Assembly: GCA_002269645.1 (NCBI GenBank) | Contig: NIVC01000195.1 | Coordinates: 496,001-560,000 of the forward strand | Origin: Macrostomum lignano | Taxonomy: Eukaryota | Length of the DNA: 64,000 nucleotides | Direction of reading: 5' to 3' | Part shown: positions 24,440 to 36,039 of the stretch, piece by piece | Layout of the letters: every line of letters begins with the position of its first letter | Numbering within the stretch: the first letter of the stretch is position 1 | Made by a program: the position numbers and the translations under genes | The notes under the pieces: model-generated | What the model saw: only the letters and a program-made list of their open reading frames with translations | What the model was told of the DNA's origin: nothing | Databases searched by the model: none

Positions 24440-25681
24440 TATAATCTCTATCTTAATACTAAAGTTGGTGCGTTGTTTGTTTGTTTGTTTGTCTGTTTGT
24501 TTGTAGGATATCTCCTCCTAGACTACGTGCAACTCAGCGTTGAAACTTATATGGGAATACTGCAAATTTTCCGGAATCGGCTTTAGGCTGTTTTAATCTT
24601 TCATTTTTTAATTTTAAGATCCCTAAAAAAGCAGAAATCTGATTTCCTAACCTTCTCTGGACACTTTTTCTGCTCGGAGCTGAAAATTGGCATAAATTTT
24701 GAGTGATTACGCCACAACTTTTTCCTATGTCGCCAGTGCATTTTCTCTCCTGTGGGGGAATGGGCGCGTTCTCATTGGCGGCGTGTGTACAATCGGACCC
24801 TGGCTCACTGGCTGACTTTATAGACAATTGCGCAACTATTTGTGTTCTGTTTTTTAACAGGAAGCCCTGTGTATTTTTTGCACAGTGAAATTCAGTGCAT
24901 TTTAATGCATAAACTCGCGAGCATCTTTAGCAGGCAGTGAAGGTACACTCGATATTTCAATGCTTAAAATCAGAAAGTTTCAAACGCTAACTGTTGCTCG
25001 ATTTTTTAACTTTGAGAGACGAGACTTTTATTGCTGGAAAGAGCTTGCAGCGCTGAGTTCGGGGATATAAGTTTTTTGCTTTAAATATGAAAATTAAATT
25101 CACAGCATTCAAGAAAAGATTTTCATACTTTTAGCTTTCTGCAAAGATTGTTCTCATTTTGGAGTTCAATGGGGGTTCGACCGACCCCTCAATAGTTGGT
25201 GGGGGGGGTTCAATTTCTAGCTGCACTGCGTATTGGAAGGGGGGTCGGTTGCTGTGTATTGGAGGGTTGATTTAGATTGCGCAATCTTTGTGTTAACTTT
25301 AACTGAGGCTGATACTGACTGCCTGAGAAATAAGTTGCGCAATTTAATTGGTTCAATGTTTTTACGGCGCCTTTCAACACGCAGCTGTGTGTAGCTCTAA
25401 CCCTAACCCTAACCCTAACCAATGAATTCTGAGAGCTAGGCTGTTTGACGTAGAAATTTCGATTTAGTCCAGTTTCACGGAGAGGATTTCTATTTCGCGG
25501 AGAATATTTCGATGGTGTTCAGTTTCACGGAGAGGATTTCGATAGTGTTCAGTTTCACGGAGACGATTTCTGTTGCGCGGAGAGGTGTTGGAAAATGGGA
25601 TTCCGCTGATGGAGTTCAGGGAATGGAATTCCGCTGATTGGAGTTCTTCCCCTTTCTTCTCCGAAGGAGGAGTTGGCCTCG
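24440..25681 (+). mobile_element. Second-family repeat element H (Helitron-like, atypical terminus)
   Basis: TAATACTAAAGTTG near the 5' end followed by a (GTTT)n microsatellite; (CCCTAA)n 25396-25420; ~29-bp repeats; hairpin CTTCTCC-GAA-GGAGGAG 25656-25672, then TTGGC-CTCG. Colinear with element I. Confidence 0.55.
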
Positions 25682-27887
25682 TATATACTAAAGTTGACGC
25701 GTTGTTTGTCTGTCTGTATGTCAGTTCGATAACTCCTCCTAGAATACTTGCAACTCAGCGTTGAAACTTATATGGGAAAACTGCAAATTTTCCGAGGATG
25801 GCTTTAGGCTATTTTAATCTTTCATTTTCAATTTTTAAGATCCCTAAAAAAGCAGAAAACGGCGGTCTTGACCTTTGATAATCTTAATTGTCCCCTCTTT
25901 CTGCTCGGAGCTGAAAATTGGCATAAATTTTGAGTGATTACGCCACAACTTTTTCCTATGTCGCCAGTGCATTTTCTCTCCTGTGGGGGAATGGGCGCGT
26001 TCTCATTGGCGGCGTGTGTACAATTGGACCCTGGCTCACTGGCTGACTTTATAGATAATTGCGCAATGATATGGCTACTGATAAGTTTTCCTGCCTATCA
26101 ATGGGCAGTCCTGTGTATTTGTTGGACATTGAAATTCAATGCATCAACTTGCAAGCAGGCAGTGAACGTACACTCGATACTTCAATGCTATAAATCAGAC
26201 AGTTTCAAACGCTAACTGTTCCTCGAGTTTTAAACTTTGAGAGGAGATACTTATATTGCTGGCAAGATCTTGCAACGCTGAGTTCGGGGATATAAGTTGT
26301 TTGCTTTAACTATGAAAAGAAAAAGCACAGCATTTGGAAAACTATTTCCATACTTTTAACTTTTTGCAAATATTGTACTCAGTTTTGCAAGACGTAATAG
26401 ATAAAGTTGGGGGAGGGTTCAACTTCTCACTACAGCTGTGGATTGGAGGGTTGATTTAGATTGCGCAATCTTTTGTTAACTTTACCTGAGGCTGATACTG
26501 ACTGACTGTGAAATCGGTTGCGCAATGAATTGATTCAATTAGTTCAATATTTTTATCTGTGCCTTTTAACACGAAGCTGTGCGTAGTTCTAACCCTAACC
26601 CTAACCCTAACCCTAATGAATCTGGCGAGTTGAGTTGTTTGACGGAAAAAATTCGATTAAGTCAAGTTTAGCGGAGACGATTTCAATGTTTAAATTCTGA
26701 CGGAGAAGATTTCTGTTTCGTGGAGAGGATTTCGATGATGTTCAGTTTCACGAAAGGATTTCCATGGTGTTCAGTTTCACGGAGAGGATTTCGATCATGT
26801 TCAGCTTCACGGAGAGGCTTTCTGTTTCGCTGAGATAATTTATGATTGATTTCTGTTTTATGGAAACAATTTTGATGGATTCAGGTTTCAAGGAGAGGAT
26901 TTCGAAGGAGTCCAGTTTCACTGAGAGGATTTCGATGGTTTTTAGTTGCACAGACAGGATTTTTGCTTCGCGGAGAGGATTTTGATGGATTTGGCATCTT
27001 CAATCAGTCAGAGAAGAGAGTAAAGAGAAGACTGAAAAGAGAAGAGAGAAGAGATGATAGAAAACAGAGTAAAATTGAGTGGAGAGATTAGACATGACAG
27101 ATTGGAGATGATAGGAGAGAGAATAGATGAGGGATAAGAGCGTACAGAGGCAATAGAAGAGAGGGGAGAGTAGAGGAGAAAGAAAGAGTGAGATGAGGAG
27201 ATGAGGAGATGAGGGATGAGAGAGGAGGGGAGAGAGGAGACAGGAGAGAGTACAGACGAAAGACTAGGGAGAAGATATAAATAAGGTAGTAAAGATGAGA
27301 GGAGAGAGAGGAGAGAGAAGCGAAAGGAGAAGAGAGTGAGGAGAGAGGAGAGAGATGAAAGGAGCAAGGAAAGGAGAAAAGAGAGAATGAAGAGAATAGA
27401 AAAGAGAGAAGAGAAGAGACAGGGGATAGTGAAAAGGAGGAAGAAAGATGGGAGACAAGAAAGTAGTGTCAGAGCGTATATGAAATATGAGAAATGAGAG
27501 CAGAGAGAAGAGAAAAGAGAAGAGAGAGAGAGGGTTAAGAGAGACGATAGATAAGTGAGTAGAGATGACATATGAGAGAGGAGAGAAGAGGGAGAGATAA
27601 GAGTGAAGAGAGGAGACAGAAGACAGGAGAAGGTACAGACGAAAGACGAGGGAGAAGAGATAAATAAGGGAACAGGGGTAGAGATGAGATGAAAGAGAGG
27701 AGAGAGGAGATATGAGAGACTTGAGAGTCTTTGAGCTATGGTCTTTGAAAGATTTTGTAAAGAATTTGGAGACGATTTGGAAGATAGGGTTGAAGACATG
27801 CAATTTCAGTTGATGGATATTTCAGGGAATGGAATTCCGGTGATGGGAGTTCTTCCCCTTTCTCCTCCGAAGGAGGAGTTCCACTCG
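25682..27887 (+). mobile_element. Second-family repeat element I (Helitron-like, atypical terminus)
   Basis: TATATACTAAAGTTG start; homologous to H; (CCCTAA)n 26589-26616; GA-rich insert 27006-27730; perfect hairpin CTCCTCC-GAA-GGAGGAG 27862-27878, then TTCCA-CTCG. Confidence 0.55.
27006..27730 (+). repeat. GA-rich polypurine low-complexity tract
   Basis: About 720 bp dominated by GAGA/GGAG with internal imperfect repeats. Confidence 0.9.
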
Positions 27888-30800
27888 TAATATACTAAAA
27901 ATGAAATGCTTGGTTGCTTGCTTGTAATTGATTTTCTCCCGAACGGCTCAACCGATTTTCTTCAAACTTGCACCATTCGATCAGAAATTTTCCCGGGACG
28001 GTACATGCATATTGGCTAAGAAATTGCTCAATGTTAAAGGGATTAAATATTCGAAAAACATGATTTTTTGCAAAGGTCAAGCAGCTCTTTCGACCTGAAA
28101 TGCATTGTAAGAATGCTAGAGAAAAATCTGACTGGTTGAATTCTGATTCTGAAATAGATTGCATCACAATACACTTTATTTATCGTCTGTGTACTGGCTG
28201 AATTTGACACTCAATTGAATTGCGTCACAGCTTTGAGGGTGAAAGTATAGTGCAGTACTGAATTTATATTACGTAACCATATTGTTAACTTTCATAGACA
28301 CTCGTACTGACTTGCCTAAGAAATTGATTATGTCATAACTGCTTCGCGTGACTTTTTACTCTACCTGACTTGGTGTGAGTGTTGAATTAATTATATAAGT
28401 GGTACAAATTCACTGATAACTTCGATGAGAGCTAGCCTAGAGCTGAGCAGACCAGACTGCTAATGCAGCGACCTGGGTTCGAATCTAAGTAGTTTAAAAG
28501 TAGTAGTGTAAAATTTTTTATTAAAAGCTTTTATTAAAGGACTAAATAAAAACACTTAGATTACTGCACTCGATAAGCTAAGGATTATTGCTCTTGGCAA
28601 ACCAAGGAATACTGCACTCGATAAGCCAAGGATTATTGCTCTTGGCAAACCAAGGATTACTGCACTCGATAAGCCATGGATTATTGCTATTAATAAACCA
28701 AGGATTACTGCACTCGATAAGCCAAGGATTATTGCTATTAATAAACCATGAATTACTGCACTCGATAAGCCAAGGATTATTGCTATTAATAAACCAAGGA
28801 TTACTGCACTCATAAGCCATGGATTATTGCTATTAATAAACCAAGGATTACTGCACTCGATAAGCCAAGGATTATTGCTATTAATAAACCAAGGATTACT
28901 GCACTCGATAAACCAAGGATTATTGCTATTAATAAACCAAGGATTACTGCACTCGATAAGCCAAGGACTATTGCTATTAATAAACCAAGGATTACTGCAC
29001 TCAATAAACCAAGGACTATTGCTCTTGGCAAACCAAGGATTACTGCACTCGATAAGCCAAGGACTATTGCTCTTGGCAAACCAAGGATTACTGCACTCGA
29101 TAAGCCATGGATTATTGCTATTAATAAACCAAGGATTACTGCACTCGATAAGCCAAGGATTATTGCTATTAATAAACTAAGGATTACTGCACTCGATAAG
29201 CCAAGGATTATTGCTATTAATAAACCAAGGATTATGCACTTGGCAAACCAAGGATTACTGCACTCGATAAGCCAAGGATTATTGCTATTAATAAACCAAG
29301 GATTACTGCACTCAATAAACCAAGGACTATTGCTATTAATAAACCAAGGATTACTGCACTCAATAAACCAAGGACTATTGCTCTTGGCAAACCAAGGATT
29401 ACTGCACTCGATAAGCCAAGGACTATTGCTCTTGGCAAACCAAGGATTACTGCACTCGATAAGCCATGGATTATTGCTATTAATAAACCAAGGATTACTG
29501 CACTCGATAAGCCAAGGATTATTGCTATTAATAAACCAAGGATTACTGCACTCGATAAGCCAAGGATTATTGCTATTAATAAACCAAGGATTACTGCACT
29601 CAATAAACCAAGGACTATTGCTATTAATAAACCAAGGATTACTGCACTCAATAAACCAAGGACTATTGCTCTTGGCAAACCAAGGATTTCTGCACTCGAT
29701 AAGCCATGGATTATTGCTATTAATAAACCAAGGATTACTGCACTCGATAAGCCAAGGATTATTGCTATTAATAAACCAAGGATTACTGCACTCGATAAAC
29801 CAAGGATTATGCACTTGGCAAACCAAGGATTACTGCACTCGATAAGCCAAGGATTATTGCTATTAATAAACCAAGGATTACTGCACTCAATAAACCAAGG
29901 ACTATTGCTATTAATAAACCAAGGATTACTGCACTCAATAAACCAAGGACTATTGCTCTTGGCAAACCAAGGATTACTGCACTCGATAAGCCAAGGACTA
30001 TTGCTCTTGGCAAACCAAGGATTACTGCACTCGATAAGCCATGGATTATTGCTATTAATAAACCAAGGATTACTGCACTCGATAAGCCAAGGATTATTGC
30101 TATTAATAAACCAAGGATTACTGCACTCGATAAGGCATGGATTATTGCTATTAATAAACCAAGGATTACTGCACTCGATAAGCCAAGGATTATTGCTATT
30201 AATAAACCATGAATTACTGCACTCGATAAGCCAAGGATTATTGCTATTAATAAACCAAGGATTACTGCACTCGATAAGCCATGGATTATTGCTATTAATA
30301 AACCAAGGATTACTGCACTCGATAGCCAAGGATTACTGCGCTTGATAAGCTTGGCTACATGTATAGGATTATTTCTATCCAGGGATGCTTGCTATTTAGG
30401 GATTCTTGCTATGTGCAGGATGCTTGCTATCTGGAAGGATGCTTCTACATTATTTGGGGTATGCTTGCTATCTGCAAGATGCTTGCTATCTGCAAGATGC
30501 TTGCTATCTGCAGATGCTTGCTATCTGGGTGGATGCTTGCTAGGAGTATTAGGGGATGCTTGCTACTGGGGGGATGCTTGCTGTCTTGGGAATATTTTCT
30601 ATTTAGGGGTAATGACTAAAATTCATGAGAGCTAGCCTAGAGGTAAACAGACTAAACTGCTTAATGCAGGGACGATGGTTCGAATTTTTAGAGAGTAGAG
30701 TTTTTTTAATTAAAGCCTTTTAACGCCAAGACAAAAAAAATTATGGAAGCGTCATGTAAACAATCATACAAGCGTCATGTAAACAATCATAGAAGCGTCA

Positions 30801-33020
30801 TGTAAACAATCATAGAAGCGTCATGTAAAAATCATAGAAGCGTCATGTAAAAATCATAAAAGCGTCATGTAAACAATCATACAAGCGTCATGTTAAAATC
30901 ATAAAAGCGTCATGTAAACAATCATACAAGCGTCATGTAAACAATCATAGAAGCGTCATGTAAAAAAATCATAGAAGCGTCATGTTAAAATCATAAAAGC
31001 GTCATAAAAAATCATAGAAGCGTCATGCAAGCAATCATAGAAGCGTAATGTAAACAATCATAGAAGCGTCATGTTAAAATCATACAAGCGTCATGTAAAC
31101 AATCATACAAGCGTCATGTAAACAATCATAGAAGCGTCATGTAAAAAAATCATAGAAGCGTCATGTTAAAATCATAGAAGCGTCATGTAAACAATCATAG
31201 AAGCGTCATGTAAACAATCATAGAAGCGTCATGTAAACAATCATAGAAGCGTCATGTAAAAATCATAGAAGCGTCATGTAAAAATCATAGAAGTGTCATG
31301 TAAAAATCATAGAAGCGTCATGTAAAAAATCATAGAAGCGTCATGTAAACAATCATACAAGCGTCATGTAAACAATCATAGAAGCGTCATGTAAAAATCA
31401 TACAAGCGTCATGTAAACAAGCATAGAAGCGTCATGAAAAAATTATAGAAGCCTCATATAAAAACTAATGAAAGTGTGTCATTTAAAAAATTAAGAAGCA
31501 TCATGGAAGAATAAAAGAAGCGTAACGTAAAAATCAAAAGAAGCGTCATGTCAGACATGAAAGAAATGTCATATAAAAATTAAATGAAGCTATAGTACAG
31601 TGCTGTGCTGGGGAGAATTACTGAGACGTCAAGGCTCACAGAGAATAACTGAGATTACAGGGGGGTTTCTGAGATGTTAAAGCAAAAGTCAGAAGCTACT
31701 TCAAAGTACATGTACTTTACTTAAGTTTTTTATTGCATTCTTTGTTGGCTTGCCACGGTGGGGGGGGCGCTGATAGAAGAAGAGTCATGTAAAAATAAAA
31801 GGAGCACTATGTATACATAAAATAAAAGTCATGTCAAAGTTAAAAGATTCATTTGGGAATTGCTACGATGTCAAAGCTTGGAGGGAATCGTTATAGTGCT
31901 GTGATTCTTAAAGAAGGAATCACTTAAATGCCAAGGCTTAGGGAAGAAGAATTGCTGTGATTTCAAGGCTTTAGGTTGGGTGAAAGTTAGGTTTACGTCA
32001 GGTTTGGGTTGAGGGTTAGATTTTAGCGCGTTTCAAGGTTAACAGGGGATTTTTTAGATTTCAAGGTTTATGGGGGGCATCGCTGACATGTCAAGGCTTA
32101 CGAGGGGAATCTATCTATCTATCTATAGCTGAGATGTCAAGGCTCACGGGGGAATAAATGAGATGTCAAGGCTAATGTCAGAAGCTACATGTAGTTTATT
32201 GGAAAAAAGTTATTACATTATTTGTTGGCTCCTCACGGGAGGGATCGCTGATAGAAAAAGCGTAATGTAAAAAAAAAGAAGCTTCATGTCAAAGTTAAGA
32301 GATTCATTTGGGAATCCCTACGATGTCGAGGCTTGCAGGGAATCGCTATAATGCTGTAGTAGTGCTATAGACTCTTAGAGAGAATTACTGAAATTTCAAT
32401 GCTTTAGGGTTAGGGTTAGGGTTAGGGTTAGGGTTAGAAAATAGACAGATTTTTAAAGATTTCAAGGCTTGTGGGAGCATTGCTGAGATGTCAAGGGGGG
32501 AGTTGATATGTTAAGGCTTGTGGGGGGGGGATTGCTGACATGTCAAGGCTTACAAGGGTACTGGTAGCGTACTGAAGCATACTGGTAGAAGTAGCTCTGA
32601 AAGAAGGCAAGTATGGTTGAATTTCAATGTCTGTTATAAAATTCTGCACAAACATGTTTTATTGGTACATAAGCCTGGAATTAAAATGAGAATTCGATTC
32701 CTAGCCCCCCTCCCTAAGAATTTTTTTTCATTTAAAAGGATTCGTCCCTTGCTTATTGGCCACCCGAAGGCCATTTTTTATCAAAAATGATAAAAATAAT
32801 TTTTATCAAACACGTTGACATATACAGGGCTCTAAACTAAAAAACTGTAAAAAGTTGATAGTTTTGTTTTACCTAAAATGCGTTATTAACGATCTCCAAA
32901 AATTCCTATTTTAAGCTTAAGCTTAAGAAAGACACTTAAAGTACTCCTGCTAAAAGGTATATTATATTAGACGAATATTAATTATTTCTGCTCCCCGAAG
33001 GGGGGCAAAACTTTAGCTAG
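27888..33020 (+). mobile_element. Composite Helitron-like element K (core, 24-bp satellite, degenerate 18-mer block, second tRNA-like cassette, satellite a, TTAGGG 3' module, distinct terminus)
   Basis: TAATATACTAAAAATG start and family-1 core; hairpin GCTCCCC-GAA-GGGGGGC 32990-33006; CTAG 33017-33020 followed by TC. Confidence 0.7.
28558..30345 (+). repeat. 24-bp satellite organised as a 48-bp dimer (AAACCAAGGATTACTGCACTCGAT / AAGCCAAGGATTATTGCTATTAAT)
   Basis: Alternating monomers visible; the spurious ORFs across it repeat every 16 aa. Confidence 0.95.
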
Positions 33021-33815
33021 TCTAAATATACTAAATCTCTAAGGTTTGTATGCTTGAATGTCCATAACGCTCTAGAGATTGCAATTCTTCACCGATTTTG
33101 ATCGCGTTTTCGCCAAAAGATTTGTAATCAGCCTGGGATTGTATGGTTAAAATTTCTTGTATCTGCTTCAATGCTAAAGGGATTAGATATTCGAAAAACA
33201 TGATTTTTTGCAAAGGTCAAGCAGCTCTTTCGACTTGAAATGCATTGTAAAAATGCTAGCAGATAAAAAACTGACTGACTGAATTCTGATTCTGATAAAG
33301 ATTGCATCACAACAAGTTGAAAACACTGCGCCAAGTTAAAAGACAGAAATTGCGTAACCATATTGCTAACTTTAATTGAGACTGATGCTGACTGCCTGAG
33401 TATTTGATTATGTCATAGCTGCTTCGTGTGACTTTCACTCGAACGGCCTTGGTGTTAGTATTCGTGTAACGTTCTAGAGATTGAACCAATTGACCAATTT
33501 TAATCGCTTTTTCGCCAAAAGATGCAAAATTGTCTGGAAAGAAGACAGTTAAAATTTCTTTAATCGGCTTAAATGCTAAAGGTATTAAATATTCGAAAAA
33601 CGAGTTTTCCCAATGCTTTTAATGGTAGGGCAAACTTTGAATTCTTGACTGGACTGGCTGAATTCCAATTCCAATTATGATTGCGCCATAACTTTTCTCT
33701 CTCCACTGTATATGCTTCAATACTGGCTGCAGTGTGCAAGGAGAAAAAATGCTCAGTGGCTGCGTGTGTACATTCTGACCCTGGCTCTGACTGGCGGACT
33801 CCATAGAAAATTGCT

Positions 33816-35100
33816 ATTTATAGATTTCACTCAATCAACTGTGCATTGGCTCCGCCTGCACGCCTACACACTGAGCAGCCTATCACTGCTATGTATTTAA
33901 CTGCAGTTCTGAAGCATATATGGCTGATTTTGTTGTCCTCCCATCAATAGGCGGAGTAGCCGCACTGTAGGCACTTAGGACTAGGTTTAGGCTAGGCGTA
34001 AGGTCCAAGGTTCGAGTCTGCCTCCCCGGCGGATAATTAAAATTAAAATAATTCAATAATTTATAGCTTATGCCTCGACTAATTGGAACATTTTTAGATT
34101 AATTTCAATTGAAACATATTTCATTAATTCGCAATTCATTTTTTGCTACTCGGCACAAGCCGCTAATCAAATTTGATTTGTTAAAACTGCTTCGAGTATA
34201 ACTGATCCCATCAAGGGTATTGTCTATCTCCATAAAAGTACGAAATTACTAAACTGCAGACAATGCTGCTAAATTGCTTAAAGGTATTGCTAAATGCAGA
34301 GCTGCCGATATGTATCGAAAATTGATTAGTGAGCCGTACAATTCTGAGCAAATTGCAGTTTTCTGAGGGGACTGAGGTGCCGGCCAGAGAAGAACTGCAG
34401 ACTGTGAAGTAGTTCCTCCAGACTTAAATCTAATTTATAGATTTCACTTAACTGTGCATTGGCTCTGCCTGCATGCAACCCGTGCACTAAGCAGCCTATC
34501 ACTGCTGTGTATTTCACTGCAGTGCCAAAGCATATATGGCTGATTTTGTCGCCCTCCGATCAATAGGCGGAGTAGCCGCACTGTAGGCACTAGGACCAGG
34601 TTTAGGATAGGCGTAAGGTCCCAGGTTAGAGTCTGGCTCGCAGCGGACAATTGAAATTGAGCTAATTATTATTTCATTTTAGCTTGTGCTTCGACTAATT
34701 GGAAGTTTTATGCTTAATTAACAAGGCACACTAAATGAACTACATGTATTTTTGCTATTTAGCACAAGTCGCTAAGCAAATTTGATTTGTAAAAACTGCT
34801 TCGAGTACATGTATTACGAGCGTACTGATCCCATCAATGGGTATATGGCGTAGTTCCATGAAAGTATGAAATTGCTAAACTGCAGACCATTCTGAAAAAA
34901 ACTTCTGACGGTATTGCAAAATGCTGAGTTTTGCAAGACTGCCGATGTGTATCGAAAATTTATTAGTGAGCCGTAAAATTCTGAGCAAATTGCAGTTTCC
35001 TGAGGAGCTGAGGTGCCGGCTGAAAGAAGAACTGCAGGCTGCTGAGAGGATGAATGAAAATTGTTAATTGAACACTTGTAGACTGCAAATGGAATGACTG
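33816..35100 (+). repeat. Diverged tandem dimer of ~620-650 bp
   Basis: ATTTATAGATTTCAC...AACTGTGCATTGGCTC at 33816 and 34433; shared downstream blocks at 34326 and 34963. Confidence 0.75.
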
Positions 35101-35754
35101 CAGACTGCTTAGGGAAACTGCAGACTGTCGAAGGGATCATTGCAGATTGCAAAGGGGAAACAACTGCAAACTGCTGAGGTAGTTCCTCCAGACGTATGAG
35201 CGTATAGCTGCAGACTGCTGAGAGGGAAAACTGCCGACTAATAGGGGGATAATGGCAGACTTCTGAGGGTAATAACTAACTATTGAGCTTTGAGTGGATA
35301 TTAACTGTGGAATATTAAGTACAAGTTGTTGAGGGGATTACTGCAGGCTGCTAAGTGAAATATTTTTTGCTAAGAGGACAATTCTATGAGCTGAGGGTAT
35401 ACATGCTTAATTTTAGTAAAAGTTGTAGAATGCAAAGTGGATGATAAATGCCGGCTGCTAAGAAATAACTGCAGTCTTTTTGCGGGATTAGATGCAGGGA
35501 TAATTTCAGGTTGTTGTAGGGATAAATGCCGATTTCTGGGGGTTAACTTCAAACGGCTGAAGTTGCTAAACTAGATTATTTCGACCACATGTCAATAGGC
35601 ACAACAGCCGCAGTAGGCAGGCAGTATCCGGCAGAAGCTAAGCAGAATGCTTTGATGTCAGCAGTTCGAGCCTGCATTGAAGCAGCGAATTTATCTTTGT
35701 GACCTGTGACAATAATGATTGTATCCTTTGCAGATTTTGCGGAACAGTGCCGGT

Positions 35755-35902
35755 GAACCATTGCTAAACTGCTGGTGAACCATTGCTAAACTGCTGCTGG
35801 TGAAATTGCTAAAGTGATGGTAAACCATTGCTAAACTGCTGGTGAACCATTGCTAAAGTGATGGTAAACCATTGCTAAAGTGATGGTAAACCATTGCTAA
35901 AG
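35755..35902 (+). repeat. 22-bp minisatellite CCATTGCTAAA(C/G)TG(C/A)TGGT(G/A)AA
   Basis: About 6-7 tandem units. Confidence 0.85.
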
Positions 35903-36039
35903 TGTTTAATAATTTTAATAATTTTAATAAATGCTACTTTAAACAGAAGAAAACTCAACACAAGACAAAGCGGGAAAAGAATCACCATGTCAACCATAAA
36001 AAAAGCAGTCTGTCGAGAATAAAATACTCAATGTGAATT

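Noticed and set aside
10971-24506. Long ORFs over the 18-bp satellite (GDACYL, MLAIWG, DSKHPP repeats)
   Set aside because: Several frames and both strands are open only because the unit lacks stop codons. Frames break at 17/18-bp indels between copies and there is no splice or domain evidence.
28556-30345. ORFs over the 24/48-bp satellite, and MSNIKEPP ORFs over satellite b
   Set aside because: Periodic translations of non-coding tandem repeats.
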